Below are positions 60,081-64,000 of a stretch of DNA of 64,000 nucleotides, piece after piece. Origin of the DNA: Squalus acanthias (taxonomy: Eukaryota); assembly GCA_030390025.1 (NCBI GenBank), contig CM059425.1, positions 239,320,001-239,384,000 on the forward strand, in the 5' to 3' direction. Position numbers and translations under genes: made by a program. How positions within the stretch are numbered: the stretch's first letter is position 1; each line of letters begins with the position of its first letter. A model generated the notes under the pieces. The model ran no database searches. It worked only from the letters and a program-made list of their open reading frames with translations, and was not told the DNA's origin.

Positions 60081-61014
60081 AGATCAATAAAATGTGTATG
60101 AAATCTCAGAAAAGGCTAGGTATAGAGGGATACTAGTTGGCCATCAGTGATTTCCAGGCAGTAATCTGATCTTTACTGCATTTAGCTGACAGCTAACCAA
60201 TACTTGTGTGGAGACCAGTAAATTGGTACTTCTAACATTCGTTACCATTTTTGTGCAGTGGTTTTGATATTGTATTAGGTTTGGTACAAGAGCTCTCGGG
60301 AGGTTAGGTCATTTGGATGGTGAATAGTACAAAAATGACTTTGTTGTTTATTTAAAGTTATGTGATGCAAATTTTATTCCATAAATGAGAAATTTTCTTT
60401 CGTAATTGTTTCAACTCTGATGTAGCTTGAGTTTAAACTGCATTCCATTGTTGTCTGTGAATTATTTGTCAAAATGTGAGGATATTTTAAAACCGATTTC
60501 TCTCTTTTCTTTGTTTAAAAAAGCATTTTTTTTGAAGTGTATAATTAGGTGCTCATTGTCACGTGATCAGCCCCTTATCTCCCTCTCATCATAGAAATCC
60601 TAGCCTCCCGGTACTAATTTCTGTAGTTGGAGCTAGTCTCAGTATTTTTAGCTCTAACTCAATAGGGACGTGTTGTTTACTTTCAAATTTTCTGATAAAC
60701 ACTGTGTGTGCGTGCATGTGTGTCTTTAAAAAAAAAAAAAAAAATACTCCTTCCACATCCGTTTCATTCACTAGGCCATACATAAAGGTGTTGCTATGAC
60801 GTGTCTATGTGTCAAGAGGGAGAACTAGTTCCAGTCCTGTTATCTAAAAGACTTGGGATAACCAGTTATTCATATAGAAACAGCAACCCAACAAGATATT
60901 CGAACAAATGCTCCTTCAGTTTCATTTCAATGTTACTGCTTTCTTCTATATCTCTTCCTAGGATATAACTACTATAGGTTTGAGAATGCCCTACAGAATC
61001 ACCCTCCTCCAAAA

Positions 61015-63925
61015 CATAGGATTACATAGGGTATACGGCACAGAAGCAGGCCATTTGGCCCAATCAGTCCATGCCGGCGTTTGTGCTCCACTCGAGACTC
61101 CTCCCGTCTTTCCTCATCTAACCCTATCAGCATAACCCTCTATTGCCTTCTCCCTCATAAGGTTATCTAGCCTCCCCTTAAATGCATCTATACTATTTGC
61201 CTCAACTACTCCTGTGGCAGCGAGTTCCACATTCTCACCACTCTCTGGGTAAAGAAGATCCTTCTGAATTCCCTATTTGATTTCTTGGTGACTATCTTAT
61301 ATTGATGGCCTCTCGTTATGCTCTTCCCCACAAGTGGAAACATTCTCTCTGTATCCACTCTATCAAAACTGTTCATAATTTTAAAGACCTCTATTAGGTC
61401 ACCCCGCAGCCTTTTTTCAAGAGAAAAGAGACCCAGCCTGTTCGTCCTTTCCTGATCAGTATACCCTTGCATTTCTGGTATCCTCCTTGTAAATCTTCTC
61501 TGCACCCTCTCCAGTGCCTCTATATCCTTTTTATAATATGGCGACCAGAACTGCACGCTGTACTCCAAGTGTGGTCTAACCAAGGTTCGATACAAGTTTA
61601 GCATAACGTCACTACTTTTTAATTCTATCCCTCTAGAAATAAACCATCGTGCCTGGTTTGCTTTTTTTATGGCCTTGTTAGCCTGTGTCGCTACTTTTAG
61701 TGATTTATATAAGAAATAGGAGCAGGAGTAGGCCATTCGGCCCCTCAAGCCTGCTACGCCATTCAACAAGATCATGGCTGATCTGATCTTCGCCTCAACT
61801 CCACTTTCCTGCCCGCTCCCCATAACACTTGATTCCCCTGTTTTTCAAAAATCTGTCTATCTCCGCCTTGAATATATTCAATGACTCGGCCTCCACAGCT
61901 TTCTGGGGTAGAGAATTCCAAAGATTCATGACCCTCAGAGAAGAAATCCCCCCTCATTTCTGATTTAAATGGGTGCCCCTTATTCTGAAACTATGCCCCC
62001 TAGTTCTAGATTCCCCCACGAGGGGAAGCATCCTCCCTGCATCTACCCTATCAAGCCCATTAGAATCTTATGTTTCAATAAGATCACCTCTCATTCTTCT
62101 AAACTCCAATGAGTATATGCTCAACCTTTCCTCATAAGACAACCCTTTCAACTCAGGAATCAACCTAGTGAACCTTCTCTGAACTGCCTCCAATGCAAGT
62201 ATATCCTTCCTTAAATAAGGAGACCAAAACTGTACGCAGTACTCCAGCTGTGGTCTCATCAACACCCTGTACAGTTGTAGCAAGACTTCCCTACTTTTAT
62301 ACACCATCCCCCTTGCAATAAAGGCCAATATTCCATTTGTCTTCCTAATTACTTGCTGTACCTGCATGCTAACATTTTGTGCTTCATGTACGAGGACACC
62401 CAGATCTCTGTACCACAGCATTCTGTAGTCTCGCTCCATTTAAATAATATTTTGCTTTTCTATTTTTCCTACCAAAGTAGATAACCTCACATTTTCCCAC
62501 ATTATACTCCATCTGTCAAATTTTGCCCACTCACTTAACCTATTTGTGTATTTGTACACCAAGATCCCTTTGCTCCTCTACCCCACCCAGACTCTCACCC
62601 TCCAAGTAATAAGTGACCTCCCTATTCTTCCTACCAAAATGTAATTCCTCACATTTATCTGTTGAATTTAATTTGCCAGTTATATGCCCATTCTGCAAGT
62701 TTATTAATGTCTTCCTGTAATTTGTTGCAGTCCTCCTCAGTATTAACTATCCCCCCCAATTTGGTATCATCTGCAAATTTAGAAATTGTGTTTTTGATTC
62801 CAAAGTCTAAATCGTTAATATTAATTGTGAACAACAGTGGTCCCAGCACTGATCCTTGTGGAACACCACTATCCACCTTCTGCCACTGTTAATAGCTACC
62901 CTTTACCCCTATACTCTGCTTTCTGTCTTGAAGCCAGCTAGCTATCTATTCTGCTACTTGTCCCCTGACTCCGCATTCTCTGACCTTATTCATTAGTCTA
63001 TTATGTGGTACCTTATCGAAGGCCTTTTGAAAATCTAGATAAATTACATCTACTGCATTACCCTTGTCTATTCTCTCTGTTATCTCTTCAAAAAATTCAT
63101 TGAGGTTGGTCAAGCAGGACGTTCCCTTTTGAAATCCATGCTAATTATTCATGATTATTTTTGGCTTCTAGATATTCTTCTGTTGTCGCCTTTAGTAGGG
63201 ATTCCATTATTTTTCCTACAACTGATGTTAAGCTGACTGGTCTATAGTTCACTGGACATGTTCTATCTCCCTTCTTAAATATAGGTATTATGTTAGCAAT
63301 CTGCTAGTCCTCTGACACTACACCTTTTTCTAATGAATTATTAAATATGTGTAGTAATGCCTCTGCTATCTCTTCCCTAGATTATTTTAAAATGCGCGGA
63401 TGTAATCCATCCGGATCAGGGTTTTTTTTCCTCTTTGCGTTTGATTAGTTTATTTAATATATCTCCCCTTTTATTTTAAATGCAGTTATTTCATTACTAA
63501 TCTCATGATCCAATGTCATGTCCACCTGTTCTATCTCCCTGGTAAATACTGAAGCAAAGTAATTATTTAATATTTCTGCCATCTCCCTATCGTTACCTGT
63601 GGTATTATCCTATCCATCCCCTAGTGACCCTATTCCCATCCCGACCTTTTTTTTTATTGATGTGCCTGTAAAATATTTTACTATTTTTTATGTTCCTTGA
63701 TAATTTAATTTCATAGTTCCTCTTTGTCTTCCCAATTTTTTTTGACTTCTCTCCTAATCCCTTTGTATTCTCTCTTATCATGCACTCCTCTGCTGTCTAT
63801 TTACCTAATGTATGCCTCTTTCCTTACCCTCAATTGTTCCCTTATGTCTTTCTTCATCCATGGAGTCTTATTAGTGTTTAGTTTGTTCTTTCCTTTTAGC
63901 GGAATCTATTTTTCCTGCACTCTGT
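61015..63925 (-). mobile_element. CR1 interrupted by another CR1 (~61708-62545)
   Basis: ORFs 61206..61823, 62068..62439, 62655..62876; host resumes ctacttttagtgattt|...|gtgtatttgtacacc. Confidence 0.88.
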
Positions 63926-64000
63926 TGAATCATACAGCACAGGAGGCCTTTCAGACCATCGTGCATGTGACGGTTCTTTTGAAAGAGTTATCCAATTAGT

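Noticed and set aside
60558-60567. GTCACGTGAT E-box/CLEAR-like motif
   Set aside because: Single short motif with no supporting context.
58154-64000. ACSL1 exon 16 (expected HVGAP...GEGE); acceptor-like site at ~60961
   Set aside because: No matching peptide found; the sequence after the 60961 AG is not ACSL-like, so exon 16 probably lies beyond the window.

Overview
Vertebrate nuclear DNA, most likely from an elasmobranch (shark/ray), judged from HE1-type V-SINEs, SacSINE1-like DeuSINEs and abundant CR1/L2 LINEs. The window covers the 5' two-thirds of ACSL1 (long-chain fatty acyl-CoA synthetase 1) on the + strand. I reconstructed 14 coding-exon positions (exon 2 with the ATG through exon 15). 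Exon numbering and homology calls come from my recollection of human ACSL1, not a search. Exon sizes are 195/115/65/102/100/179/33/52/74/78/135/135/96/73 nt, splicing in frame to 477 codons + 1 nt. Exon 11 (fatty-acid 'gate') is a tandem pair of 78-nt exons only 52 nt apart, and exon 9 uses a GC donor. Exon 16 onward and the promoter are not visible. The introns are mostly transposon debris, often nested: CR1, L2, a second CR1-group LINE, SINEs, and hAT, Harbinger and pogo-like MITEs. The most unusual signal is a set of short Penelope-like (PLE) insertions carrying minimal hammerhead-ribozyme motifs. They are mostly tail-out inverted dimers between 9-14 bp target-site duplications, and one copy folds back exactly at the predicted ribozyme cleavage site. 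Repeat-family names are pattern recognition, and their boundaries are approximate unless TSD/TIR coordinates are given.
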